In this document: positions 48,184 through 58,024 of the stretch, piece after piece
Layout: each line of letters begins with the position of its first letter
Position numbering within the stretch: the stretch's first letter is position 1
Source: Enterococcus phage VRE9_4
Reading direction: 5' to 3' (one strand)
Length of the DNA: 64,000 nucleotides
Sequence record: PP680570.1
Notes under the pieces: model-generated
Database searches by the model: none
Seen by the model: the letters and a program-made list of their open reading frames with translations, nothing else
Told to the model about the DNA's origin: nothing
Translations under genes and position numbers: made by a program

Positions 48184-50949
48184 ATGAATGAAAATATTAA
48201 CGTTAAGCAGTACCCTACTTCTTTTTTAGAAGAACTTTTTGAACATAATATTAGAGTAGTGCATACTAAGATACAGCTACTTAATTGGGACGAACAAGTT
48301 TTAAAAGAAATACAAGGTATTGTAAAAAGTGGAAGTTATAATGCTGATGGAACAAGTCGAGTAAGAAGAAATTTATCTCTAACTTTTAGTGTAAAAGATA
48401 GAGACGATGAATTGGTTTATAAATATCTAACCCCAGATAAAAAAATAAAATTATATATAGGATTAGAAAACCAAACTTCTCGTTATCAAGAAGATGAAAT
48501 TATATGGTTTAATATGGGGATCTTTATTTTAACCGAACCATCTTATTCTCATTCTGTTGATACAGCAACTATATCAATTAATGCGCAAGATAAAATGACT
48601 ATGCTAAATGGTACATTAGGAGGCCGCCTTCCAGCCCCAGTAAGTTTTGTAGAAAAAAGAAATGGTAAGAATTATTCCTTCTCTTGGAGAGATATTTTCT
48701 TAAGTGCAGCAGTGAACTTTGGGAATGAGAATCCAGCAAAGGTTATTATTGATTCTGTTCCAGATTATATAAATGAATATACGCAAGTAAAAAATGTGGC
48801 TGGATTAAAAGATAAATTTATTCATATTAATGCTCCTGGAGATGTAGATGGGGAAAGAATTATTACTAGAGCGTGGAGCCCAACTGTTCCAGAAACAGAA
48901 ATTAATTTTTCAAAGGGAGATAGAATCTATAAATTGCGCAGATTTGGTCCACCTGACCCTTCAGCAGGAACGGTAAGTACTCAAGAATCTTATCAAAAGA
49001 ATGTAAACGAACCATTAACTTCTATTTTTGAAGATATTGTAGAAGCTATGAGTAATACTCATGAATTTTTTTATACTCGTGATGGGGATTTAATGTTTCA
49101 GCCTATTAAGAACTATGTTAACGAAGTATTTGATCCTGAAAAAGATACAGATTTAGGATATTTTGCTTATGAATTAGATATGGATGATTTTATTCCTAAT
49201 TATTTAGGTCTTCCTTTTACCTATAATTTTGCCGATAAAAAGACTATTATTAGATATAATAACAATCCTAGTTATACAAATATCAAAAATGATTTTATAG
49301 CAACTAGAGAAACAGGAGAAATTTTAGAAATAGCAATAGACCATAAACCAACAATTAGAGAGATTAAGGAATGGTTTGTTGGAGTTGCAGAAGATTTTAA
49401 TATGGATTCTCCAGAAATGGATTTTTTAGCAAAAGATGGAAGAAGAAGGGAGCCATATAACCCTCAAACTAATACAGTTCCTTTTGAATTTAAAGAAGCC
49501 ACAGCAGGAAAACCAACACAATATATTGAAGTTCCTTTAGATAAAATTCCATGGCAAATTGGTTTAGGGCTTAAAAATTATTTTATTAGAAATATCTATG
49601 GCGCTTCTACTGCAAGAGTTCTTCCTAGATGGGGAAAAGAATGCGAATCAATGATTTTTAAATGGATTGCATCTGAAGATAAAAAAACTTTGTTGCCAAA
49701 TACTGGAATTTTTAATCCATCTTTTATTTCTGTCGGAACTCCATGGTTGGCAGGTTATCCTATGGCTGCAAGCGCAAACACAGAAAATGATGTTGAGTCT
49801 TTAGATAAACAGAATCCTATTTTTACCGATAAGGGTGATTCGGCTTATTGGACTTACTTTCTTGATATTATACCAACAGAATCTAAATTGGGCAAATATT
49901 CTATTGAATTAATTGGTAAACGTTCTATTGGAGTTTCTAATAAACAGGCGACTACCATTTTTAGAACAAACCCTAAAGAATTAATTGTTATTACAGAAAC
50001 AGAATTACAAGATTTAGGCGGAGATATGATATTAGATAATTTAAAAGCACAAGGAGAAGCTTATGCAGTAATTAGAGATATACAAGATCAATTCTTTATG
50101 CCAACAGCAATAACAAAAAATAAAAATGTTATGCCTTATAGTGCTATGGTTGGAGACCCAGGGCGGTTTGAACAATTACGGTATATGTTTGCAGAAGGTA
50201 ATGGAACAGTTCACGAATATCTAGCTGGTGGTAAACATACTGGTACTATTGGGGTAAATAAGAATATGCAAGATCAAGATAAACCTGGATATGTTACAAT
50301 TTCTGCTGGGGTATACACCAATCCAGTTACAAAAAGACAGTTTACTCAAACAGATTTTGCAACCATAAATACTCCTTTTGGTAGTGAAAAAGATTTAACG
50401 GAATATGGTTTTATTGCTTATCTATTGAATAAAAACAGTCGTTGCCCTGATAGTGGGAATCATAATTATTTTGCTGTAGTTAAAAATATAGGTACTCAAT
50501 GGTACTATGCTAAACAAAATAATGGAAAACCCACATGGACTAAATTTAATTGGGATAAAACTAATGACTTTTTGGTAGCAGTATTAAGTAAAACTGTTTA
50601 TAAAGGAAGTGCAGATTTCCCTGATTGGTCCAGTGGTAGAATTGATGATTTTCAAGAATTATTTAATATTAGAGATTCTAAAATGGACAATTTATTTACT
50701 ATTGATGGAGCGGTTGATTTATTTTCTTCTGTTAGAAATTTAATCTATCAACATACTAATACTTCAGATGTAGTAACAATAGATGTATTACCAGTCTATC
50801 ATTTAGAACCAAATACATTAATTTATGCAGAAGATGAAATTTCAAATATATCAGGAATGTTTATGATAACAGGATATTCTATACAATTAAATACAGAAGG
50901 AAGTCCAACAATGAATATTTCTGCAATACAAACAAATCCAGCTATATAA
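48184..50949 (+). CDS. hypothetical large structural-like protein (post-lysis block, gene 5)
   Basis: 921 aa from MNENINVK with RBS AAAGGAGAGAAAG. The track start at 48112 lies inside the terminator hairpin. Confidence 0.5.
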   Translation: MNENINVKQYPTSFLEELFEHNIRVVHTKIQLLNWDEQVLKEIQGIVKSGSYNADGTSRVRRNLSLTFSVKDRDDELVYKYLTPDKKIKLYIGLENQTSRYQEDEIIWFNMGIFILTEPSYSHSVDTATISINAQDKMTMLNGTLGGRLPAPVSFVEKRNGKNYSFSWRDIFLSAAVNFGNENPAKVIIDSVPDYINEYTQVKNVAGLKDKFIHINAPGDVDGERIITRAWSPTVPETEINFSKGDRIYKLRRFGPPDPSAGTVSTQESYQKNVNEPLTSIFEDIVEAMSNTHEFFYTRDGDLMFQPIKNYVNEVFDPEKDTDLGYFAYELDMDDFIPNYLGLPFTYNFADKKTIIRYNNNPSYTNIKNDFIATRETGEILEIAIDHKPTIREIKEWFVGVAEDFNMDSPEMDFLAKDGRRREPYNPQTNTVPFEFKEATAGKPTQYIEVPLDKIPWQIGLGLKNYFIRNIYGASTARVLPRWGKECESMIFKWIASEDKKTLLPNTGIFNPSFISVGTPWLAGYPMAASANTENDVESLDKQNPIFTDKGDSAYWTYFLDIIPTESKLGKYSIELIGKRSIGVSNKQATTIFRTNPKELIVITETELQDLGGDMILDNLKAQGEAYAVIRDIQDQFFMPTAITKNKNVMPYSAMVGDPGRFEQLRYMFAEGNGTVHEYLAGGKHTGTIGVNKNMQDQDKPGYVTISAGVYTNPVTKRQFTQTDFATINTPFGSEKDLTEYGFIAYLLNKNSRCPDSGNHNYFAVVKNIGTQWYYAKQNNGKPTWTKFNWDKTNDFLVAVLSKTVYKGSADFPDWSSGRIDDFQELFNIRDSKMDNLFTIDGAVDLFSSVRNLIYQHTNTSDVVTIDVLPVYHLEPNTLIYAEDEISNISGMFMITGYSIQLNTEGSPTMNISAIQTNPAI

Positions 50950-50978
50950 AAAAAGAGACCGTATAGGTCTCTTTTTTA
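50947..50978. terminator. bidirectional intrinsic terminator at the convergence point of the two arms
   Basis: A-run, AGAGACC-gtata-GGTCTCT, then T-run. It is flanked by the stop codons of the + strand gene (50947-50949) and the - strand ruvC-like gene (50976-50978). Confidence 0.75.
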
Positions 50979-51461
50979 GTTCCAATTAATTTCTTGGTGT
51001 GAAGCATAATAACCAATCATAATTGCATCTGCTTCGTCTTGTGTTGCAGTAATATCAAATATTTCTAACACTTTAGCTTGAGCATTTCTTTTTTGTTCTA
51101 TTCTATTTTTACCTTTAATCTTAGCAAACCCTTTCCATTGAGAAGCATAGATAAAATCAAAATGAATTTCTGGATGAGCTTCTAAAACCCCAACAGCAAG
51201 AGCGCCTTGTAGTTGAGCTAATTGTTTAAAAGTAGTTTTATTTTGTTGCATTTGAATATCTTCAAACATTATTTTTATTTCTTCTTTAGGATATTTTTCT
51301 TTGGTATATTCAATTAATGCTAATACATTTGCTTTCTGTTTTGAATATCTTGAGAAATCATCTCCTTCAGCAGAAAATTTTCCATAGGCAATTAATTCTT
51401 GATTCTTATAAACAGAATAACCTGTTACAACTGTTGCTTGGTCTAAACCTATAAAAATCAT
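50976..51461 (-). CDS. ruvC: RuvC-like Holliday junction resolvase
   Basis: 161 aa. MIFIGLDQATVVTGYSVY matches the RuvC N-terminal D motif. FEDIQ supplies the second acidic residue and DEADAIMIGY the C-terminal DxxD motif. RBS GGGAGGTG. Confidence 0.7.
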   Translation of the reverse strand: MIFIGLDQATVVTGYSVYKNQELIAYGKFSAEGDDFSRYSKQKANVLALIEYTKEKYPKEEIKIMFEDIQMQQNKTTFKQLAQLQGALAVGVLEAHPEIHFDFIYASQWKGFAKIKGKNRIEQKRNAQAKVLEIFDITATQDEADAIMIGYYASHQEINWN

Positions 51462-51544
51462 ATTAAAACACCTCCCTACTAATAAATAGTAAAGAGGTGA
51501 GACATGTTGTCTTTTTTTGTCCTATATAAGAATATAAAAATTAA

Positions 51545-52342
51545 TTATTTTACTCCCGTACTTCCGTGCCCACCAAGACGTTCTCCTTGGGCATTATCGT
51601 CGTCTACCAACAAGAATTTTGAAAATACTCCTTGTCCAATACGCTCTCCTTTTTTAATATAGATAGTTTCAGGTCCAAAATTTAGAAATTGGAACATGAT
51701 ATGACCGTCATTATCAGGATTGCTATAGTAATCACCATCAATAACTCCCACGCCATTTGTTAAAACTAAGAAACGTTTCAATGGATTTGAAGAACGATTG
51801 AATAAAGCTAAATATTCATCTGGCTCCATATAAGCTTTTACTCCTGTTGGAACTAAAACTGGTTTAAATTGCTTACTTAAAGTTTTAATTTCTGAAACAG
51901 CTTCATCACTTAATAACTCTTTTAGAATTTCATTGTTTTGATTTTCTAAATTTAGAGTATTAAATAATGCTGTATAAGAGGCAGGGTCCGAAGCTAATTC
52001 TTCTAAATCAATACCCTTATCTTTTAAAAGCTGAGTAATCTTGCTAAGGAAATCTGTAACTTTAGAAAATAGTTCTAAAGATTCAACTTCTGTTAAATGT
52101 TCCATAACTTGACTAATTGAATCTGGGTCTTGTAAATCAATATTAAATCCAAATAAATCTTTAGAAAGAATACTTGAAATTGACTTTTTATGAATTTCTT
52201 TGACATCCCAAATCGAAGGAATTACAATATCATCTGATGCTTCAAAATCATATCCTGCTGCACGAGCAGTTGCTCGAACAGGCAGGTTAATATTTTTATC
52301 TTCAAAACCTTTTGCTACTTCAAATCCACGTACTTTTGTCAT
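51545..52342 (-). CDS. dut: dUTPase with ~95-aa helical insertion between motifs I and II
   Basis: 265 aa. Motif I is RAAGYDFEA, II is NRSSNP, III is GVIDGDYYSNPDNDG, IV is GERIGQGVF and V is RLGGHGSTG. The spacing between I and II is about 130 aa, versus about 35 aa in canonical trimeric dUTPases. Confidence 0.7.
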   Translation of the reverse strand: MTKVRGFEVAKGFEDKNINLPVRATARAAGYDFEASDDIVIPSIWDVKEIHKKSISSILSKDLFGFNIDLQDPDSISQVMEHLTEVESLELFSKVTDFLSKITQLLKDKGIDLEELASDPASYTALFNTLNLENQNNEILKELLSDEAVSEIKTLSKQFKPVLVPTGVKAYMEPDEYLALFNRSSNPLKRFLVLTNGVGVIDGDYYSNPDNDGHIMFQFLNFGPETIYIKKGERIGQGVFSKFLLVDDDNAQGERLGGHGSTGVK

Positions 52343-52344
52343 AA

Positions 52345-52812
52345 TTATTTAGTCTCCTTTTTATCTTTTTGTGTAAAATCTTTAATTGATTCAACAATCC
52401 AATCATTGCTAACTAACTTAAAATAAGTAAGTCCAATATAAAGTCCAAGCTCTCCATGAGAAGTCTTATCCATATCAATATCTCGTACATCCATCATATC
52501 GATCATATCAGCTTCTACAATATCATTTTCATTTTTATCTTTAATATTTTCTTTTGGTTGGCAAAAACTAGAATCTTTTAAATAACCTAAGATATGTTGA
52601 GCCACTTCCTTATCTGTAGACTCAGTTCGATCAAAAATCACATTATAGTTAATATCTCGTGAATTAAGCCAAAAATATTTTCCAAAAGATTTTCTAACAA
52701 AGGTTAGAATAGCTTGATAAATATCTTCTTCCGATAATTTCGGTGCCTCCTTTAAAGCTTGTGTAATTAAATCCGATTTTTTCATTGTTTGTCCATCATT
52801 TTTCTTTTTCAT
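52345..52812 (-). CDS. hypothetical protein
   Basis: 155 aa with RBS AAAGGAGAATAA, in an operon with dut and the kinase. Confidence 0.55.
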   Translation of the reverse strand: MKKKNDGQTMKKSDLITQALKEAPKLSEEDIYQAILTFVRKSFGKYFWLNSRDINYNVIFDRTESTDKEVAQHILGYLKDSSFCQPKENIKDKNENDIVEADMIDMMDVRDIDMDKTSHGELGLYIGLTYFKLVSNDWIVESIKDFTQKDKKETK

Positions 52813-52817
52813 ATTAA

Positions 52818-53396
52818 TTATTCTCCTTTTAATTTTTCCATAATTTTATCTTGTAAAGCACTTAATGCCATCCATACAAAGGGTGTATCTGAAAAATAGT
52901 AAGCATCTGGTTTTCTATCAATTTCAGCATAATCTTTTTTATCTGCTTCAATTCGCCGTTTGATTTCATTTACATCAGGGTTCTTTTGTCTACCCTTTGC
53001 TCGTTCCATTCTAATTTTTTCGTCTGCTACAATTTCTATTAACATAACATTTGTATCATCTGACTTACCTACCCAATCAGCTACTTCAAATGCAGTTTCT
53101 TTTTCGCAAGTCATTAAATAAATAGATTCTTTATCTCTAGCTTGAGCAGTAATACCAAAGTAAACACCATAATTCCAATTATTAAATACCTTAGGAAATA
53201 GAATTTCTTTTTTTTCTACTCCTTTTTGAAAAACCTCATCAGTTAAAAATTGATAATAAGATTCTTCTTTGTCAGAACGCTTAGGTCTTGTTGTTGGTCG
53301 TTTGGCTAAATAAGCATCTACGCCAAGAGAGCCAAGTAATTTCCTTGCAATATAATCTTTACCAGCTCCTGTTTGTCCATATAAGATTACTAACAT
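52818..53396 (-). CDS. P-loop nucleoside/nucleotide kinase (dNMP kinase-like)
   Basis: 192 aa with Walker A GQTGAGKD at the N-terminus. RBS CAAGGAGAGATAAA. Confidence 0.5.
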   Translation of the reverse strand: MLVILYGQTGAGKDYIARKLLGSLGVDAYLAKRPTTRPKRSDKEESYYQFLTDEVFQKGVEKKEILFPKVFNNWNYGVYFGITAQARDKESIYLMTCEKETAFEVADWVGKSDDTNVMLIEIVADEKIRMERAKGRQKNPDVNEIKRRIEADKKDYAEIDRKPDAYYFSDTPFVWMALSALQDKIMEKLKGE

Positions 53397-53427
53397 TTTA
53401 TCTCTCCTTGTTTTAACTTTATAATTA

Positions 53428-53456
53428 ATTATAACATATTATATATTATTTGTCAA
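53428..53456 (-). promoter_or_regulatory. consensus sigma-A-type promoter (TTGACA-17-TATAAT) for the kinase-dut-ruvC operon
   Basis: The minus strand reads TTGACA aataatatataatatgt TATAAT. A second TTGAC lies 5 nt upstream. Confidence 0.6.
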
Positions 53457-53521
53457 TCTTTCGTCAAGATCCCAGTTTTAAGCACTGAGACCTTTAACAT
53501 AAGATAATTAACCTCGTCGGA

Positions 53522-56500
53522 TTAAGCTGCTCGTTCTGTTTTCAGAACAATACTTCCATCATCACGAGTTTCAGTAATTAATCCAATTTTTGGAGTTGCT
53601 GTATCATTATATGCTCTAGGAATAAATTGATCGTCACGTCTAAAACCAGTAATAAATAGTTTGTTTCCTCTTTCAAAGAAAGATTTTTCTACAACAGTTT
53701 TCTTCCCTGTTGATGTTCTTTCTGAAATTTGTTTATCCCAGTAAGAAAAATCTCCTTTGTACATTTTAACTAAAACAACAGTTCCTTCTGGAGTTAAAAC
53801 ATCGATACTTGCTTTAACCTTATTTTTACCAATAATAGTTCCAACAATTCTATTTAATTTTAACTTAGAAAAACTTGCGTAAGGATTGATTTTTTGTGCC
53901 TCTCTTGGAAGAAGTTCAAAATTATCAATTCCATATCTATCTACATCCACACAATTTAATTCATGTTCTGTATAATAGAAGTTCATAGATTCCATTTCCC
54001 ATCTTGCATATGAATCGTGACCACCATATGAATCAAATAATTCTAACATTTCATCAAAAAATATTTCTTCTAATAAAGACTCTTTATTCTCTCTTAACCA
54101 ATTTCTAACAGTATCCATTTTTTTATCATAGAACTTACTCCATCTATCTCGACTCATCACAGTCCAATAACGATCCTCATCACTAAACGTTTCAATAAAT
54201 TCATCTAAACCAATCGAAGATAAAAAGTTTTGCGCCCGATCATCAAGTCTAATAATTTGTCCGCTCTTGGTTAGAACTTCATTTACATAGCGATTAAACT
54301 CATAAATTCGTTTTTCTTCTTGTAATGATTCAGGGAATCTATTAATTTTCATAACCAATGGGACTTGCGTCATTGTAAGATTTTTTCTAAGTCCTGTCAT
54401 CATTTTAGCATATTTTGCTAAAGTAATTTTTCTATCAGAGCTATCTATTTCTCTAAAAGCTCCTGCCTTAATTAATGTTAACATTTGCATTTTATTTGGG
54501 TTTGTCTTTCTGACAAAATCCGCTAAAGAACTAAATGGTCTTCCCTCGAAAATTTTCTGGATAAATTCATAACCAATCCCAGTTAATGGTCTTAAACCAT
54601 AAGAAATAAAATTACCTTCTACATTAGGAGAAAAGTTTGATTCTGATTTATTTATATCTACCATTTCTACTTTAATCCCATGTTTAATAGTATTTCCTAA
54701 CGCTACTGCCATTTTAGAATAGTCTGTTGAAGTTCCTGTTTCATCTCCTGAGTTGACAATCAAACAGCCACAGTTCCAATAAATAGATGGATAATGATTA
54801 AATAAGTTTAATTCTTGTAGTGCAATAATTGTATATCCAATTGTATGCAAAATTGAGAAACTATATCCCATTTGAACACTAACTGCTGAATCCCAAATAT
54901 AATGAACTGTTTCATTTGAGCATACTGCTTGTTCAAAAATTTTGGCTCTAAGTTCTGGAATTTTATCCATTAGTTTTTTACCAATAATTTTACGTGCTGC
55001 ATTAGCTTCTGTTTCTGTAAAATTACAAATGTTTTCATCCATTAAAATCAACATTAATTCTTCCTGTGTATTTGGAACTCCATAAGAAGATAAGAAATGT
55101 TTCTCTAAGATAGGAATTTCATCTGCTGGAATATTATATTTTTCTAATTCTTCGTACCAAAGTTGGATATTTTCTTTAAATCTTGCATACTTCTCTAGTG
55201 GCATTTCACCATTTTCAGTTGCCATAAGTCTCATTAATGAATTCAATGCTGCTGCATCTTTTACATCTTCTGGTTTACCCTTCCTTACAGCTTCTTTTCC
55301 TACAGGTGTATCAAGCTGAAAAATATCCAGAACTTTATTATCCCATGTTGGTTCCCACAATTCTTTACTATAATCTAATACATCAGGATGCAATGTATTA
55401 AAATATGTTTCTTTTAAAGAACCCTTCCATTCCATTCTATTGTCTTTAATCAATAAATCCATTGTTTGACGAATTTTATCTAAAGCTTCGATGGATAACA
55501 TATCCATTTTTAATGCTCCCATATCATCACTGTCATGATAATCCCATTGAGTTACTTCTAAGTCGTTAGGAGTTTTCATCATAGCATTAATATCTGTATA
55601 AGGATGATTAAAAATATAAACTCCTGAAGCATGAGAACCTCTACTTTTTACCATTCCTTCAATTGCTAAAGCTGTTTCTAAATAATTTTCGTATTTATTA
55701 ATTTCATTAATAAACTCAGAAACTGGTTTACGACCTTTTTCTGGATTCCCATAAACCATATCTTTTAAATTCCAATCAAAACCACGTTCATTTGGAATCA
55801 AACCACTTAAATAACTTGAAACATCATCACTTATACCAAGTCCTCGTGCAGCAGTAGCTAATGCTGATTTTGCTTTTTCGGTTCCAAAGGTTGCGATATT
55901 TAAAACTCTATCATGACCAAAAAAGTTTTTTAACGCCAATAAAATTTGTTCTCGTTTAGAACCTTGTGAATCTATATCAACGTCAGGTAATTCTGGACGA
56001 CTTTCAGCTAGATGTCTCCAACTCATATCTCCCACATATGGAATAGGATCTACTTGGGTAACGTCTAACAACCAGTTTGACATAAATCCCATAGCTGAAC
56101 CACGAGATACTCCAACTAATGAATCTCCTTCATCCCAAATTAATTCAATAATTTTTTGAGCTGTATTATAATAAGACGTCATAGGTTGTTTTAAACGTTC
56201 AGAAATTTTTACCAGTGTAGTAGCTTCAATTTCCAATTGTTCTAAATATCTTTCATTTAATACATTTCTAATTTCTAATTGGTTTAGACAAGTTCTACTC
56301 CAATATAAATCTTGGTCTTCGTCAGAATTTAGCAACATTGTTAAATATTTATATTTACTTAAATCAATATTATTATATGTTTTGCTTAATTCTGGTACAT
56401 CAACAGGAACATATGGAATTTCTTGTTCCTTAAACAAAGAATAATGTTTGATCCCACTTCTAATTTTTTCTAAGTTATCTAACATTTCCTGAAATTCTTC

Positions 56501-57376
56501 TTCTGAAAAATCTAATAAAAAGTATTCCTTAACTTGTTCAGGTGGCATCATATAAGCAGTATAATAGAAATCGTCAACTTCTCGCTCTGCTTGCTTACTA
56601 TTCAAATAAGCTTTATGAATTTCTCTATCTGCTTCAGTAAGATAATGACTGTCTGTACTAAATACAACTGGAACATTCATTGCCTTTCCAAGTTTCCAAA
56701 CTCTTCTATTTACATATCTTTGCTCTTCTGAAGTATTTGGAGCAATTTCTAAATAAAAATCTTCTTCGCCAAAAACTTCTTGATTCCATAAAACAAAATC
56801 AACAATTTTTTGTTTTTCTTCTAAGATTTTTTCTTGATTAATTTTTTCTCCAAATGGAACTTCTTCTGCCGCTTTAATTTTCAAAAAAGCTTGAGCTTCG
56901 AAACTTCCAAGACAAGCTGTAGAAGATACAATATGTCCTTTTCCATTTTCCTGTTCCATAATTTCTTTTACTTGTTCACGAGTAATTGGAGTTCGTTGTA
57001 AGCCTCTATCCCAATAACTATTTTCCCAAGCTTTAGAAGACAACATTCTTAAAATTTTATGTCCTTTTTTGTCTTTTGCAATCAATAAATGATGATAATA
57101 TTTTTGTCCCATTTCTAAATCTTCGACTAAATAAATTTCATCTCCAAAACCAATTGTAAAAGATTCATGGTCTATACGACCTTCTTTTTCTAATTTATCT
57201 CTATAATGCATTAATTGAGCGTGACCAGATAATCCTTCGTGGTCTGTTAAAACATAACCGCTTAAACCTAAATCTAAAGCATAATCAACTGATTGTTTAA
57301 TATCATTAATTGAATCAGCGAATCCTAATAATGCATTACTAAAACTACTATGATTATGAATTGAATAGTATCCCAA
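53522..57376 (-). CDS. dnaE: DNA polymerase III alpha subunit (DnaE-like, N-terminal PHP domain), apparent TTG start
   Basis: 1284 aa. The PHP motifs HNHSSFS ... DHEGLSGH lie at the N-terminus and the protein has the polIII-alpha core length. RBS AAGGAG sits 9 nt before TTG. Confidence 0.85.
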   Translation of the reverse strand: MGYYSIHNHSSFSNALLGFADSINDIKQSVDYALDLGLSGYVLTDHEGLSGHAQLMHYRDKLEKEGRIDHESFTIGFGDEIYLVEDLEMGQKYYHHLLIAKDKKGHKILRMLSSKAWENSYWDRGLQRTPITREQVKEIMEQENGKGHIVSSTACLGSFEAQAFLKIKAAEEVPFGEKINQEKILEEKQKIVDFVLWNQEVFGEEDFYLEIAPNTSEEQRYVNRRVWKLGKAMNVPVVFSTDSHYLTEADREIHKAYLNSKQAEREVDDFYYTAYMMPPEQVKEYFLLDFSEEEFQEMLDNLEKIRSGIKHYSLFKEQEIPYVPVDVPELSKTYNNIDLSKYKYLTMLLNSDEDQDLYWSRTCLNQLEIRNVLNERYLEQLEIEATTLVKISERLKQPMTSYYNTAQKIIELIWDEGDSLVGVSRGSAMGFMSNWLLDVTQVDPIPYVGDMSWRHLAESRPELPDVDIDSQGSKREQILLALKNFFGHDRVLNIATFGTEKAKSALATAARGLGISDDVSSYLSGLIPNERGFDWNLKDMVYGNPEKGRKPVSEFINEINKYENYLETALAIEGMVKSRGSHASGVYIFNHPYTDINAMMKTPNDLEVTQWDYHDSDDMGALKMDMLSIEALDKIRQTMDLLIKDNRMEWKGSLKETYFNTLHPDVLDYSKELWEPTWDNKVLDIFQLDTPVGKEAVRKGKPEDVKDAAALNSLMRLMATENGEMPLEKYARFKENIQLWYEELEKYNIPADEIPILEKHFLSSYGVPNTQEELMLILMDENICNFTETEANAARKIIGKKLMDKIPELRAKIFEQAVCSNETVHYIWDSAVSVQMGYSFSILHTIGYTIIALQELNLFNHYPSIYWNCGCLIVNSGDETGTSTDYSKMAVALGNTIKHGIKVEMVDINKSESNFSPNVEGNFISYGLRPLTGIGYEFIQKIFEGRPFSSLADFVRKTNPNKMQMLTLIKAGAFREIDSSDRKITLAKYAKMMTGLRKNLTMTQVPLVMKINRFPESLQEEKRIYEFNRYVNEVLTKSGQIIRLDDRAQNFLSSIGLDEFIETFSDEDRYWTVMSRDRWSKFYDKKMDTVRNWLRENKESLLEEIFFDEMLELFDSYGGHDSYARWEMESMNFYYTEHELNCVDVDRYGIDNFELLPREAQKINPYASFSKLKLNRIVGTIIGKNKVKASIDVLTPEGTVVLVKMYKGDFSYWDKQISERTSTGKKTVVEKSFFERGNKLFITGFRRDDQFIPRAYNDTATPKIGLITETRDDGSIVLKTERAA

Positions 57377-57411
57377 TAAATATAACTCCTTTCATAATTC
57401 CTTATATATTA

Positions 57412-57458
57412 ATTATATCATTTAAAATATAAAAAGTCAAGTAAAATAATTACTTGAC
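57412..57458 (-). promoter_or_regulatory. composite terminator-promoter cassette copy A: hairpin GTCAAGTAA-aataa-TTACTTGAC plus TTGACT-17-TGaTATAAT
   Basis: A perfect 9-bp stem followed by T5 on the minus strand terminates tdk. The -35 TTGACT lies in the hairpin arm. The extended -10 TGATATAAT is at 57412-57420. Confidence 0.65.
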
Positions 57459-58022
57459 CAATTCATTATAGTTAAAATAACATTTTCTACATACAGGAAC
57501 ATATTCGTTATCTCCAATTAAAATTTGTTCACCTCTATAAACAGCTTCTCCATTAATTGTACGTAAATTCATAGTTGCTTTTTTATCGCATAATGTACAT
57601 ACAGTTTTTAACTCTTCTAATTTATCTGCAAATTCTAATAATGCCTTAGAACCTTCAAATAAATTATTTTGAAAATCATTTTTTAATCCCCAACAGAGAA
57701 CAGGAATATTGCCCTCATCTACTACTCCAGCTAAGGTAATTACCTGTTCTCTTGATAAAAACTGGGATTCATCCACTAAGATAGCATGAACCTTTTCTTT
57801 TTTAGCTTTTTCTAAAATTTCTTCTCTGCTATCATTTAAGTATTCTGCCTCAATATTAAAGCCAGTTCTAGAAACGATCTTTTTAAAACCGCTTCTAGTA
57901 TCTAAATCAGAAGTATAAATTAATACATTTTTGCCTTGTTGAGCATAATTATAAGCAGTTGTAATTAAAGATAAACTTTTTCCTGAGTTCATAACTCCAT
58001 ATTTAAAATATAATTTTGCCAT
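57450..58022 (-). CDS. tdk: thymidine kinase
   Basis: P-loop YGVMNSGKS and a C-terminal Zn-ribbon (CTLCDKKA ... CRKCY). The preferred start is MAKLYF with GGGAGA 7 nt upstream. The track's longer form starts at a TTG at 58037. Confidence 0.85.
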   Translation of the reverse strand: MAKLYFKYGVMNSGKSLSLITTAYNYAQQGKNVLIYTSDLDTRSGFKKIVSRTGFNIEAEYLNDSREEILEKAKKEKVHAILVDESQFLSREQVITLAGVVDEGNIPVLCWGLKNDFQNNLFEGSKALLEFADKLEELKTVCTLCDKKATMNLRTINGEAVYRGEQILIGDNEYVPVCRKCYFNYNELVK

Positions 58023-58024
58023 TT

